Of a stretch of DNA of 64,000 nt, positions 1 to 10,576 are shown piece after piece (the stretch's first letter is position 1; each line of letters begins with the position of its first letter). The notes under the pieces were generated by a model. The model ran no database searches, was not told the DNA's origin, and saw nothing but the letters and a program-made list of their open reading frames with translations. The DNA lies in contig CP000068.1 in assembly GCA_000002445.1 (NCBI GenBank), positions 1,088,001 to 1,152,000 of the forward strand, in the 5' to 3' direction. Position numbers and translations under genes: made by a program. This DNA is from Trypanosoma brucei (Eukaryota).

Positions 1-704
1 CTTGTTTCTTCTCGGAGAACAAAGCGAGCAGAAGGCTGTTGTCCTTCCGGAGGATGAGTGGGAGCAATGGTACACCCACCAACGAAGTATCGGACACATT
101 CGACTCCATCAAGTATGAAAAAGGTTAATGAAGCAGCAATGACAATCTTGCTCGTTCTGATCCCTCTGTCACCTCTCAGTGCGGCGCCCGGTCGAGGTAC
201 CCCCCCCCCCTAATCAGAACTCTGCGCGCTAAAGCTTTGGTTCTGTCGCTCTCTCCTGTGCAACAGTCGTGGTGGACCTGTACTATACCGCGCTGCTGCC
301 TACCTTCTGCCTAATTGTAGACTTACACTCTTAATTGACCTAGACTGGATAGCTCCCTTGCCAAAAAATATGTTTGCTCAAAAAAACAAAAAGACAACTA
401 AAGAAAAAAAATAATACTAACATCTCAAAACTACGGCACCTGCTACAACAATAAAAACATACGAACGGAAACGAACCAAAACCAGTCGAAGAATCACAAC
501 CACATCGGGCAATCCAAGTCCCAAACAAATTGTCCTTCACGGAACTCTCTCTATCGGTTCTTTAAAGGACATCACAATCGCATATCCACAAATCTATTTA
601 AAAGTGTATATTCATATATTGGTTCCTGCCGAATTTATCTCTGGAATCGGCATTCAGTTATCTCTAAACCCGTCGAAGAACTGCTAAAGGTGTTTAACAG
701 TCCT

Positions 705-2318
705 TCACAAAACCTGCTCCACTGGCATCGGCAACACTATAGGAAGATTTGGTGGCAAGGGATCATCCACTCCGTAACGACTCAGGTGTGGGTTCCATTC
801 TATAATGCGACCTACCGCTATGTTTCGTTCTGCAGCTATGGAATGGAGTGTTTCAAGCTCACATCCGCTAACAGAGTGATCGCGGCTACTTGTAATATAG
901 TCACTCTTTTCCGCGGTAAAGCTGGGTGTTTTTTCTGCGGCAAAACTGGGCGTCCTTTCGGCATCTGGCCCGTCACGCTCACCTGCTTCTTCAACAGTGG
1001 CTGCTCCGGTAGGGCCACGAGGCTGCCCCAATTTGTTGTTACTGACGCTTTCACATTGTTGTGCTGGTTCCAGAGCCCCACCGGAGGCGGAAGTATCAAC
1101 CTTTGGCTCACACTGAGGAACAGTATCATCAATTAGGTTTGGTGCATCCGAAGATGATGAACGGTCGTTGCTCTGTACATCATTAATGATACCGGTCTCG
1201 TCTACAGTCGGTGCGGGAGGGAAATTTGCAAGTGGAGGCATGCTCGCCTTGACTTGAGAGAGAAGCGACGGTGGAACAACGACGGAGGACAATCCGGTTA
1301 CAGCAATCGCGTTTTCAAGCCAGCACGTCTTGCCCTGTCCGTGTATTTCACCGGCTTCTCCAAGGGATCCACGCGCCGCAAGCATCGGCGATGCAGGTGA
1401 GTAACCTGCATGCGAATACGAGCCGCTGCGGCGAAACGCGTCTGTTGCAGCACCCACTCCTGTGGCGACAGGCATTAACCCTCTAGATTCTGGGGGCTCA
1501 ACTTGCCGTCCCTCCCATTCATCGCAATCTGTTCCAATGCTCTGCTCTCTGAAAGGGGCGCTGTAGCGAACAGGCGATGGCGAAGGCAGCATCATCATTG
1601 ACCCTCGTGTGTTGCTACCACCTCTCGCCCCCACAACACTTCGCGGGTTGCTTTCATCTCGCGGTTCGGATAAGCCAGCCACTCCCACACTGCGAGAACT
1701 CTCCCCCTGAGTGCTTGGCAGCGGGGCAAGCGGTAACGGACACTCTGTAACACCAACGTCGTCTATCCCGAGGAAAACCTCCTCACCGCGCTGATACATT
1801 GCTGCCACCTCTTCGTCCTCTACCGCACGTTGCGTACTTGGGCTTTTTTTAATTCTAATATATGTATTTGCCGGCAAAATCTCATCATCGGCATAAACAG
1901 ATAGTTTTGGGTTGTAACTGCGGAGTTCCTCCACGGGCACATCGCTGCATTTGGCAATGCTGCTGATCGTCTCCCGCTTCCAATCAGCAATGGGGTCCCC
2001 CATCACATGTTCCGTCGCTGGCGATGCCGGTGCCCTCGTAACCAAATCGGCTCCTCCCCTCAACTGCTGTTCCCCCTTTCTATGATCTAACGGAGTACTC
2101 TGGTTCTCTTTATCTTCTGCGTCGTCTGCTCCCAGGGGACGGAGACATTCATTTGCTTGCCCGCGCTTCTGCCATTCTACTGCCCTGCGGACAATGGCTG
2201 TCGTATTGGCCAGCGACAGCAGCAGTTGGTGAGCCTCATCATGAGGCAGCGTGTGTTGAAGGTCCAACCTGCTGAGTACCTGCAAAAGCCTGTCGATCTG
2301 GCACGATACGCTATTCAT
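705..2318 (-). CDS. LysM-domain protein with two LysM-like motifs; the remainder is low-complexity and Ser/Pro/Gly-rich.
   Basis: This is a 537-aa ORF. Its start codon is a true ATG (the reverse complement of 2316-2318 is cat). Motif 1 is 'ETISSIAKCSDVPVEELRSYNPKLSVYADDEILPANTYIRI'. Motif 2 is 'ETLHSIAAERNIAVGRIIEWNPHLSRYGVDDPLPPNLPIVLP'. Both fit the LysM consensus (D-T-L-x-x-I-A-x-x-x-x-V-x-x-x-x-L-x-x-x-N-x-x-L...L-x-x-G-x-x-L-x-I-P). Confidence 0.55.
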   Translation of the reverse strand: MNSVSCQIDRLLQVLSRLDLQHTLPHDEAHQLLLSLANTTAIVRRAVEWQKRGQANECLRPLGADDAEDKENQSTPLDHRKGEQQLRGGADLVTRAPASPATEHVMGDPIADWKRETISSIAKCSDVPVEELRSYNPKLSVYADDEILPANTYIRIKKSPSTQRAVEDEEVAAMYQRGEEVFLGIDDVGVTECPLPLAPLPSTQGESSRSVGVAGLSEPRDESNPRSVVGARGGSNTRGSMMMLPSPSPVRYSAPFREQSIGTDCDEWEGRQVEPPESRGLMPVATGVGAATDAFRRSGSYSHAGYSPASPMLAARGSLGEAGEIHGQGKTCWLENAIAVTGLSSVVVPPSLLSQVKASMPPLANFPPAPTVDETGIINDVQSNDRSSSSDAPNLIDDTVPQCEPKVDTSASGGALEPAQQCESVSNNKLGQPRGPTGAATVEEAGERDGPDAERTPSFAAEKTPSFTAEKSDYITSSRDHSVSGCELETLHSIAAERNIAVGRIIEWNPHLSRYGVDDPLPPNLPIVLPMPVEQVL

Positions 2319-2764
2319 CGCGTTCAGTCTGTAGTAACTGGGATGCTCCTGGTAACTTTATGTCAGCAACTGTTCTTGGGAAAAGGTGCGAACGCACTTG
2401 CGATAAATGGAAAAAAAAAGTGGTGGCAGAAAGAGGACGTAAGAAAAAACCCTTATGTGTCGTCTGAGGGGAGCCAAAACATGCACTGCCCACAATCATA
2501 ACACATCAACCCCTCGCTCCTCACCGACACGGTAGGGCGACAGTTTTTGTCAAAACAAAACCGTATGCACGCATATGTGTTTTAAAAGTATAACGTGTAT
2601 CAAAAAGGAAAACGGAGAGCAAACTGTGAAGTAAAAAATAATGAGGTAGTTGGGAAAAAAATGTGAAAAAAAAAGACAGTTCACAAGAAAAAATTACTCA
2701 TAACAGATGAGACATCACCACATATAATCTGTTGAAAATAACGGCACTATCCCGCACTATTGTG

Positions 2765-4033
2765 TTACTGGTCTTCCGAAAGGGACCTCATTAGGGGAAG
2801 AACAAGCGGTAGAGTGAGAACAACGGGCGTATTGGCATACTGGGGGCTCAGGGTCGACGACAAACTGGTGTGAGCTCCGAACATTTGCATGGCGTGTGTT
2901 AGTCGGAGTTGTAACTCCGATATAGTCGTAAGTGCACATTCATGAAGCTCTTCCCCACGACGCAGCCAGTGCGAAACTTGAGCACTAAACATCGCGTCTG
3001 AAGTCCCCTTAGGGTCAGGATCCCCCTGCAGAGCACCGGCCATGGGAGCGCTGCCGATATTAGTTGCATGTGATGAAGTTGACGCTGCTTGTTCTGTAAT
3101 CTCCCTGTTAAGAATACACTGAGCGCGGAGCAGTAACTCTTCGACTCCTTCTCGGGACACCCGTGACGCCGCCGTGTTTGTGCCGCTTGCACCTGGCCCA
3201 GATTTCGCTTTTGATCCAAGTGGAAACGGTGTCTGGTCGCCCCTCGTGTCAAGTCTGAGATCCGTAGGATCCATGCAGCCCGATGAGTTTCTGGAGATAC
3301 AAAAATCATCATTGCGGCTATTGCCACCATTGTCAAGAAACTGGGTGGAGCACTGTGGCGCCACTGCGGGTGCAGGATCGCACTCCTCTGATGGACTTGG
3401 ATCAATTACCTCTAGGTCCACCGCTGTCGCACTTTCCCCCTGAGCATGTGGAGGCTCAGCCGCTAGTAGTGTCGATGTCTCTGTCGGAATAGCAACACAA
3501 GACGCTTTGAGTTCGTCTGAAGTAGAATCAAAGGTGAAATCCACGCATAGGCTTTCAGCACGTAAAGCTGCGGTGTCGCTGGGTGAGAGAAAGCGAAAGG
3601 GGTTCACCCCGTCTACCTCTTCGGCCGCTTCCACGCTCCGCGCTGGTCCATCGCTTGGTGCCACGCCTCCTGTAGGCCACGCATCATCGCTACTACAAAG
3701 ATAATCGAAGCAAAACCCATCAAACAACGCGGGCTGAGCGACATCCCCCTCGCCACCGCTCGTGTTACTTCCGGAAGGTTGGACGATACCACTGCTTTGC
3801 ATACTGTCAAAGAGGAAGTTACCAAAGGGTAAACCATCGTCTGCGGTAGTGGTTTCTTGCGCAGCTGCTGCCGTTCGATGTAGGACGTCGACCCCGGTGT
3901 GCTGAGCGGTAAAAAAAGAATCGTTAGCGGTTGTTGTGACGTCATTACGGCTGCTCGATGTTGCACTGTCCGCAACAGCACTTTTGTGAAAGCTGGTCCG
4001 TTGATTATGTGGAGACTCTACTCTCATTTGCAT
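2765..4033 (-). CDS. Hypothetical protein, Ser/Thr/Ala/Asp-rich and predicted to be disordered.
   Basis: The track lists a 425-aa ORF ending at 4042 with a TTG start. I trimmed it to the first ATG (the reverse complement of 4031-4033 is cat), giving MQMRVESPH... Alternative-frame ORFs overlap it on the same strand. No domain is recognised. Confidence 0.4.
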   Translation of the reverse strand: MQMRVESPHNQRTSFHKSAVADSATSSSRNDVTTTANDSFFTAQHTGVDVLHRTAAAAQETTTADDGLPFGNFLFDSMQSSGIVQPSGSNTSGGEGDVAQPALFDGFCFDYLCSSDDAWPTGGVAPSDGPARSVEAAEEVDGVNPFRFLSPSDTAALRAESLCVDFTFDSTSDELKASCVAIPTETSTLLAAEPPHAQGESATAVDLEVIDPSPSEECDPAPAVAPQCSTQFLDNGGNSRNDDFCISRNSSGCMDPTDLRLDTRGDQTPFPLGSKAKSGPGASGTNTAASRVSREGVEELLLRAQCILNREITEQAASTSSHATNIGSAPMAGALQGDPDPKGTSDAMFSAQVSHWLRRGEELHECALTTISELQLRLTHAMQMFGAHTSLSSTLSPQYANTPVVLTLPLVLPLMRSLSEDQ

Positions 4034-4663
4034 CGTGGACAATGTCCTTTTTGCAATGTTAGACTCCCCTTCGCGCGTAAATGGTGAAGAACGAAGAAAA
4101 AAAATGCAGCGTCAAAGCGGAATCGTAGCATAAATCACATGAAGTTTTGCATGAAACTGCAAACGCTTCGGAATATGTGCCTTCTCCAGCTATGTCAAGC
4201 CAGCCCACCAGATTATCCAATAATCACACAAATAAACAATGTAAGCTGTTGACAAGTTGTCAAAAGGGAGGAAACCCCCTTTCTACCACGCCGGGGGCAG
4301 ATGAACTTCTGTTCTTGTTTCCCATTAAACAGATCCCCCAAAGTCATCAGTTAATCGCAGAGGGAGGTAGGCAGCGTTTACCGTAACAACACAGCGGCAG
4401 CCAGTCAAAACGGGGTACACAAAAGCTTGTGACTTTCTCTATCTATAAACAAAGGGAAGAGAACAAGAAGGCTGAGCCTTGAGGCACCAGCCGCCCAGGA
4501 GCGAAAACAGGCGGGCCCTAACCCTTCCTTGACATCCTTGTCAGCATCCCAAAATTTCGTCGAGGAGCGCTTATGGGGGGAACGAAGATAGGCAACTTCT
4601 TGCAGATGGGCATACGACTGCACATTTTGCACATGTGCGAAACTGGAAGCCGCTTTATGAGCG

Positions 4664-6334
4664 CTAAGGTTTCTTAACCGCAAGTTGTACCTGTTGCTGA
4701 AGCTTAGCGACGGCTTGCACTAATTGACCATGCCGAGCTATGTTTTCCTCCAAACACTTTCGGTACGAATGAGCGTCATCGCTTGCACAATTGTCCTCTT
4801 CAACGGAAATAGGTACGGTAGGCAACTGTCTGCTGGTCATCGGGAGAGCGACCGACTGATCGGGAGCAGGTGAAGAATTGCCCTTACTTCGAATATGACA
4901 CATTGGCAAGCAGCATGTGCGGCCAACAGGGTTAGCACCTGCTTCAACGGGTACGGCAGGCGGAACCCGTGAGTTGTGGGGTATATGATGTGTGGAAGTC
5001 AGCAAAGGCACAGTCCCGGTCGGGGTAAATGTTGGAGTGACGACACCAGAAGGGTCAGTGGCCCATAAATCAAGTCGCGAACATGCTGCCTCGCAATTCG
5101 TGCGCAGACTGTCGCCACACAATCTCCTTAAAGGGACAGCAGACGGGGAACCTGGTTCGGTTTGGGTTTCGGCCGTCGCCATTCCACAGCTCACTTGTAC
5201 GCCTACAGAACGTTGGCTACCGTGCATCCTAAGACACAACTCGTGACCACCAACTGTTTCGGTGTGTGCACCTATTTTCCCTTCAAAAGAGTAAGGCGGT
5301 TGCTGAATGAAGTGATGCTCCCCTTGATCTATCGAGTCGCCCCCCACATTCAAAAGAGTGGCACTGACACACCCGCGATGCTGCGCAATGGGGTAGCGAC
5401 GAGGCATCGTGCAGACATCCACTGCAGGAACGGCAATGCTATCGTGTGACTTGGAGGTGTAATTTGTCTCATTTAAACCGTCTACTACTTGTTGTTGCTT
5501 CTCGTTCCCTAGCGCACACCCATACTTGGCGGAGACTCGGACGTCCCCTGCTACCGTTCGAAACCAATGCACCGCCGGTTCTTCGACAAAATTTAGGTAA
5601 CGCTCCTTCCATTTAGCAGCCTCCTCTTTGAGAGATTTCATATTAGTTTCAAGGAGAAGCCTGTGACTGCGTTCATGCTCTAATTTTTGCTGAAGAATAC
5701 GAATTTCGTGGCGATGATATAAAGCTTCCTGCTCCTCACTTATCCGAAACACAAGCTGTTGCACCTCCCGAAGCTGTGCATCACTTTCAGTCATTGTTTT
5801 GTCGTGAAAGTGCTTCAGTCGGGCATATTTCTTCTTCCAGTGGTTAGTCGAAGCGTCGCTACAGGTGGCATTGACCCCCTCCCGTGCAACTGTCAATTTC
5901 TCATCGGCGCCGACAGCTGGACGACATGTGGACGGTGGCTTGGTACTGCAGCACTCCGGTGGGCATGACTGGTGCTCACCACAGGCGAAAATCGACCCCG
6001 ACATATCTTTCGTTACATTTGCTCCCTCCGAACACTCATTCTGGTGTCGTGTAGTATAATTAATACTGACGGTGTCGCCCATCCCATTAGAAGTATACAA
6101 ATGCTCGTTTTCCACGGCAAGACTGCCAGTGCTTCCTCCATCGTGCTGATTAATCGTGCCGTGTTGGAAAAAGTCGCTTTCGCGATGGTGCGACTCAATC
6201 CGATGCCTCAACACCTTTGACTCGTACTGCGCCTCCGCCAGTTGCCGAACTAATTCCGCCACTTTGATGGGTGTGAGTACTACATTGAGACCAGTGCTAC
6301 TAGAAATTTGAGATCCATCCTTTGTAGAACTCAT
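4664..6334 (-). CDS. Hypothetical protein with coiled-coil segments.
   Basis: The track ORF ends at 6403 with a GTG start. The first ATG is at 6334, giving MSSTKDGSQ... Heptad-like regions include 'VAELVRQLAEAQYESKVLRHRIESHHRE' and 'LREVQQLVFRISEEQEALYHRHEIRILQQKLEHE'. There is no recognisable catalytic domain. Confidence 0.45.
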   Translation of the reverse strand: MSSTKDGSQISSSTGLNVVLTPIKVAELVRQLAEAQYESKVLRHRIESHHRESDFFQHGTINQHDGGSTGSLAVENEHLYTSNGMGDTVSINYTTRHQNECSEGANVTKDMSGSIFACGEHQSCPPECCSTKPPSTCRPAVGADEKLTVAREGVNATCSDASTNHWKKKYARLKHFHDKTMTESDAQLREVQQLVFRISEEQEALYHRHEIRILQQKLEHERSHRLLLETNMKSLKEEAAKWKERYLNFVEEPAVHWFRTVAGDVRVSAKYGCALGNEKQQQVVDGLNETNYTSKSHDSIAVPAVDVCTMPRRYPIAQHRGCVSATLLNVGGDSIDQGEHHFIQQPPYSFEGKIGAHTETVGGHELCLRMHGSQRSVGVQVSCGMATAETQTEPGSPSAVPLRRLCGDSLRTNCEAACSRLDLWATDPSGVVTPTFTPTGTVPLLTSTHHIPHNSRVPPAVPVEAGANPVGRTCCLPMCHIRSKGNSSPAPDQSVALPMTSRQLPTVPISVEEDNCASDDAHSYRKCLEENIARHGQLVQAVAKLQQQVQLAVKKP

Positions 6335-6628
6335 CCTCTTATTTGAGGAAAGGAATAAAAAGGAACTGATCTCTGAGAGTTGACTGCCACCGCACAACAC
6401 CACAGAAGTAAGCGCTGAAAACTTTCACTACATGGAACGCGTAACGGAGGACTAAATGCGTGAAGGGAGAGGTAGGGAATGGGAACGATTTGAAGCGTGT
6501 CTCGTTGCGTTTACCACCACAACCTTTTTATTAATATACAAGGTAAGGCATAGTGCAAACCCCCAATAAAAATAGTATTGTAAATTCACATGTCACCACG
6601 TTCTCCAAAGCTCATTTCTTATCACGCA

Positions 6629-7543
6629 TCATCTATCTATATGATTGGTGTAGTACTCCTGTAGAGCCTTCTTTGTCCGCTTGTTAACAGCGAGTTTCGC
6701 TTCTATAGCATCCAATACGCCGGGAGGAAAACCATTGTTGCCTACCTCAAGTACTTCTATAGAGTTGTTGAGTAACAGTGCGTCCACAAGCGGGTAAAAA
6801 CCGTAAAGCGTACACTGCACTTCTTTTCCATCAACCACAGTATTGTAAAGTCCTCTCCGGTATAACCCTAGGGTATTGAAACGCAAATCAACGTGCTGAA
6901 GCATGCAAGCCCGACTTGCCTTCACGAGCCATTCCGCTATGGCGCCCACACACGACTCACAACAGCCACTTACCATGTTGTCAGCGATGTGAACCTCCCG
7001 AAGAGCCGGGTGATATCCCATAGCAGCGCACAGAAGTGCAAACCCTGGGGGGCGAGTACCAAAGCGGTTGCTTGATACATCAAGTAACTGAAGAGAACGC
7101 AGCGCCGTTACCAGCAACGCAACCGAAGACCCGTCACTGGCACTGATTCCGCGGAGTTCAAGCACGCGTAGACCACCAGTGGAGTGGGAACTTGCACTCA
7201 GTGTCTCCGCAAGCACACGCAACCCTGCGTCACCAAGGTAACATTCACTAAGATTAAGAACCTTAAGTGGGAGAGAAGCAAGGGCAGGTGCGAGTGCACG
7301 TGTGCCACCTATTCCAAGTGCTGCAGCAGAGACAACGTATGATAACAAGTCCGGTGCATGGGAGTTGCTCTGCATAACCGTGGCGGCTTGCAATACGCGG
7401 GAGTTCGCCTCTACTTCAGCAACGTCACAGTATTCCTCATAAAGCCGAAGGAAAAGGTCAAGATATCGCACTGCGCTCGTTCTATCGCCCTCTGAGATGA
7501 ACGCATTCGCATAGGATTGGTGTCCCTCTGCCACATCAGTCAT
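6629..7543 (-). CDS. Leucine-rich-repeat protein of the RNI / ribonuclease-inhibitor type.
   Basis: The track gives a TTG start at 7549; the first ATG is at 7543, giving MTDVAEGHQ... The repeats are ~28 aa long: 'LKVLNLSECYLGDAGLRVLAETL', 'GLRVLELRGISASDGSSVALLVTALRSLQLLDVSSNRFG', 'LQHVDLRFNTLG' and 'IEVLEVGNNGF'. Confidence 0.55.
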   Translation of the reverse strand: MTDVAEGHQSYANAFISEGDRTSAVRYLDLFLRLYEEYCDVAEVEANSRVLQAATVMQSNSHAPDLLSYVVSAAALGIGGTRALAPALASLPLKVLNLSECYLGDAGLRVLAETLSASSHSTGGLRVLELRGISASDGSSVALLVTALRSLQLLDVSSNRFGTRPPGFALLCAAMGYHPALREVHIADNMVSGCCESCVGAIAEWLVKASRACMLQHVDLRFNTLGLYRRGLYNTVVDGKEVQCTLYGFYPLVDALLLNNSIEVLEVGNNGFPPGVLDAIEAKLAVNKRTKKALQEYYTNHIDR

Positions 7544-8815
7544 TAACAAATTGCACGATACTACACACGTATATAAAAGTGTGCGTCTTGTCGGTACCGA
7601 AACTGATGGAAATTAGTGAAAACAGTATACAAGCCTGGCCTCGTTCGGGAATGTTTGAGACACTATTTACATCACCATCATCAATATAAAAGGAAATGAA
7701 AATGGAGAAACTGCTACAGAAGTAGGACATATACATAAGCACAGATACAGTAGTGGCAAAACCAATACCTCTATACATCAGAAGAGCAAATCACAATAAT
7801 ATTTTTAATTATGCTCAACACCACAATCACACATAGTTATCTTGCATGTTGGCGTTAAAACGATAGGCGGGTGTAAAAGGTATTTACGAACACCCTATGC
7901 CTAGTGTTCTTTAAGGAAAGAAATGGAAAGTTTTATCGACAAAGGGAAAGAAAACATGCGTGTAGAAGTTAACGGGAAACCCCCCAAAAAGTTCTGTACA
8001 TTTTCAGTCACACGCGTACACGTGCATTTTTATGTAGCATGCGCTGACCCAGGTGTACCAGTGGTGATGCAGACCTCAGGTTCAGCCAACTCAACCAACA
8101 GCTGGACAGTGGTTATTTTGACACCAATGTGACGCATCATCAAGTACACAATCATTTTCGACCGCTACTACTGCCTAAATCTTGCGCCCCGTTTCAGCGA
8201 CGAAATGTTCACAGGAATTGAAATTTACCTCAATTATCAACCGGACGCATTTTAAGTCTGAATTCCATTTGGCCTCCGCAATCACGAGAGCGCTATACAC
8301 GCACCAAAGACAAGGGTCGCAATTTTCTCCGCTACGTCCACTTACAAATCTCAATACGCATCAGACACGTCGCATCGTTAGACCATCTTCACAGAAATCT
8401 TCAACGTAGGCGACAATACGCCTCACATTGGAATTTATGTCCTAAAAAATCCAACGTCTGAAAATTTGTGGTAGGATACATTCATTTTCCTTTTTAATAG
8501 GGCAAAGGTAGCCTTTGTTGGTCTGACAACTCACCAAATGCGTATCATGCCATCGTCGCCTCTGCAACTGGTACAGAGCGCGGGTCACAGCGAATCCAGC
8601 GGGATCACTCCACTAATTGATCAATTTTTACCCGACAGTAATGCAACGTGACCTCACAACGTCCCCCTACTGCTCATTTCGTTTCATTCCGTCGCATGAG
8701 CATTGAAGCGAAACAATGCAACCAAAGTTTATGAAGAGGTTCACAATGTCGATGGGAGAAAATACATGCACACACTGCTGGCTAGGTTAAGTCAAGCAGT
8801 TCAAATGGATTAGCG

Positions 8816-10576
8816 CTAAACGCAGTCATGTAGGAAATAAACACGCAACTCATCTTCGGTTGCTTCCACCGCCAGAAAGTACAACAGATAGGCCGCATCC
8901 ACAGAAACTTGTCGGGCCATGTTGCCTACGTGCCCTTCAGAGAGGGGTACCATTTCATTCTTCGGTCCGAAAGGGCATAGTAACGCATCCACTGGACAGT
9001 CAAATTCGCCTACGATGCCGTTACAAACAAGCTCTGCCCAACAAATAGCCCTCAACACAGCGGTAGGAACAAGACAAGTGTCTGGGCTAAACTTCCGACA
9101 TACTCGACTTACATATTTCAGTAACGACAGCATTGAGTTGGACGGGGCCCAAACACCAACAGTGCATCCGGGTTCGGTTAGGCGCCGGTGGTCCCAAACT
9201 ACGGTTCCTCGGGTAAGGACCCTACATAATTCATCGGCCGCCTTCACTGCCGTATGTACGTTGCCAGATACATCAAAAGCTTTGTGCCCCGCAACCGCAT
9301 CCTTATACGAGGTAAACAAGGACTCAAGCCACGACGCGCCTTTCTTTGAAGGTGGATAAGAGCCATCCGCTTTAGCCCAAGGTGAAAAACAATGACCGAG
9401 TGCAGTATTCAGACTCGACAGCCATGCGTCGCGTTCAGAGCCCAAATTTCCCACCTCCTCGTGTCGTAGATGCTCCAAAAGAACCTTTCGGAGCAAGCTC
9501 ATGCGACTTCGTATATCATCATTACTCGAAAATTTTGGTAAAAGTGAAGGAGTCGTGATGAAACCGTACCACAGAACAAGCTCCGCATCTGTGTACGAAC
9601 CATATTGCAGAAATACCTGATCTCCCTTCGATACAGGAGCTGTCGTCACAAATATGTACGCGCCCATACATCTGTCAAATCTCATAGTGGCATTATTTGT
9701 TAGTGAATGATTGAAATAATCGACCCATGGAATGACAGCCCAAACCTCAGGATCGTAAGAAAACCCACGGCTCATGAGGGTGTTATAAGCCCAAATAAAC
9801 TGTTGCATTGTAAACGGTGTTGCACACGACATCGTGCAGCCACCAGAAGGTTGCACCAAGGGAAGATGCAGCGAAAGAATTGACATCACGATATTGAACT
9901 CTTTTTCTAGCTGCATCCGTTCTTCCAGCACCTTTCTTCTGTGCCTCTCAAAACACAGAAAGTTACGAAGACACGCACCACCCCCTTCACAGTCATGTGA
10001 CCTTGCGACGCCCACACAAGTACTGTCCAGGTGCGTGTGTTCCAACAACTCAAGGAGGTTATCGTACTTGGTTGGTAGGGACAATAGCCACGTTCTCATC
10101 CAACGGTGTATGAAAAATGGCCCTAAATCTGCATTTCCGCCTCCAGTGGACACGGTAAACATAACTTCAGAGGCACTACCAGCTTTTTTATGGAAAGCAT
10201 TGTTACTAAACCGACCACATTGCCCTGCGGCAACGAGCAAAGAGAAGATAATCATGGAGCCTGGTGATAACATTTGGTCTAAATCCCCTAGGATATCCAC
10301 AGATGTCTCCCTTCTCGACCTCCCATCGAAGGGGGTCCAACCGAGACGCTCTTGCTTCTGCTGAGAAATCCAAAAATTAAGATGATTTCGAGCCTTCTGG
10401 GCGGTAATCATAGATGACTCTGGAATCTTTACTATCACTGTGTTCGACGGCAAATTTTCCGTGGCAATAACGCCGTGTCCACCACCCATTTGGTGGATTG
10501 GCAGTACGCCGATGGAAGGGTGGAAGAAAGCGCCTTCTTCCTGCAACATAAGTTGGATAAGCGACACGCTCTCCAT
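8816..10576 (-). CDS. SET-domain protein-lysine methyltransferase, SETD3/SETD6/Rubisco-LSMT-like.
   Basis: The track ORF extends to 10756 with a TTG start. The extra 60 codons are hydrophobic junk (MLPDLHFIVWFIRLPQ...). The first ATG is at 10576 (the reverse complement of ctccat is atggag), giving 'MESVSLIQLMLQEEGAFFHPSIGVLPIHQMGGGHGVIATENLP', which is a typical LSMT-type SET N-terminus. SET C-terminal motifs are present: 'VDYFNHSLTNNATMRF' (NHS...) and 'GDQVFLQYGSYTDAELVLWYGF'. Confidence 0.65.
   Translation of the reverse strand: MESVSLIQLMLQEEGAFFHPSIGVLPIHQMGGGHGVIATENLPSNTVIVKIPESSMITAQKARNHLNFWISQQKQERLGWTPFDGRSRRETSVDILGDLDQMLSPGSMIIFSLLVAAGQCGRFSNNAFHKKAGSASEVMFTVSTGGGNADLGPFFIHRWMRTWLLSLPTKYDNLLELLEHTHLDSTCVGVARSHDCEGGGACLRNFLCFERHRRKVLEERMQLEKEFNIVMSILSLHLPLVQPSGGCTMSCATPFTMQQFIWAYNTLMSRGFSYDPEVWAVIPWVDYFNHSLTNNATMRFDRCMGAYIFVTTAPVSKGDQVFLQYGSYTDAELVLWYGFITTPSLLPKFSSNDDIRSRMSLLRKVLLEHLRHEEVGNLGSERDAWLSSLNTALGHCFSPWAKADGSYPPSKKGASWLESLFTSYKDAVAGHKAFDVSGNVHTAVKAADELCRVLTRGTVVWDHRRLTEPGCTVGVWAPSNSMLSLLKYVSRVCRKFSPDTCLVPTAVLRAICWAELVCNGIVGEFDCPVDALLCPFGPKNEMVPLSEGHVGNMARQVSVDAAYLLYFLAVEATEDELRVYFLHDCV

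Noticed and set aside
200-210. A C11 homopolymer near the window start, downstream of the LysM gene.
   Set aside because: It resembles the strand-switch-region G/C tracts. However, it sits in a 3' intergenic region of the minus-strand cluster, the upstream context is outside the window, and there is no strand switch here. I noted it but did not interpret it.
2899-3981. Alternative-frame minus-strand ORFs (2899-3405, 3613-3981) overlapping the 2765-4033 gene.
   Set aside because: They are shorter overlapping frames of the same locus. The 425-aa frame is the longest and the most protein-like.
8919-10364. Plus-strand ORFs (8919-9359, 146 aa; 9834-10364, 176 aa) antisense to the SET-domain gene.
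   Set aside because: They lie wholly inside a much longer ORF with clear SET homology on the opposite strand. Their products are low-complexity with no motifs. In trypanosomes, one strand per cluster is coding.
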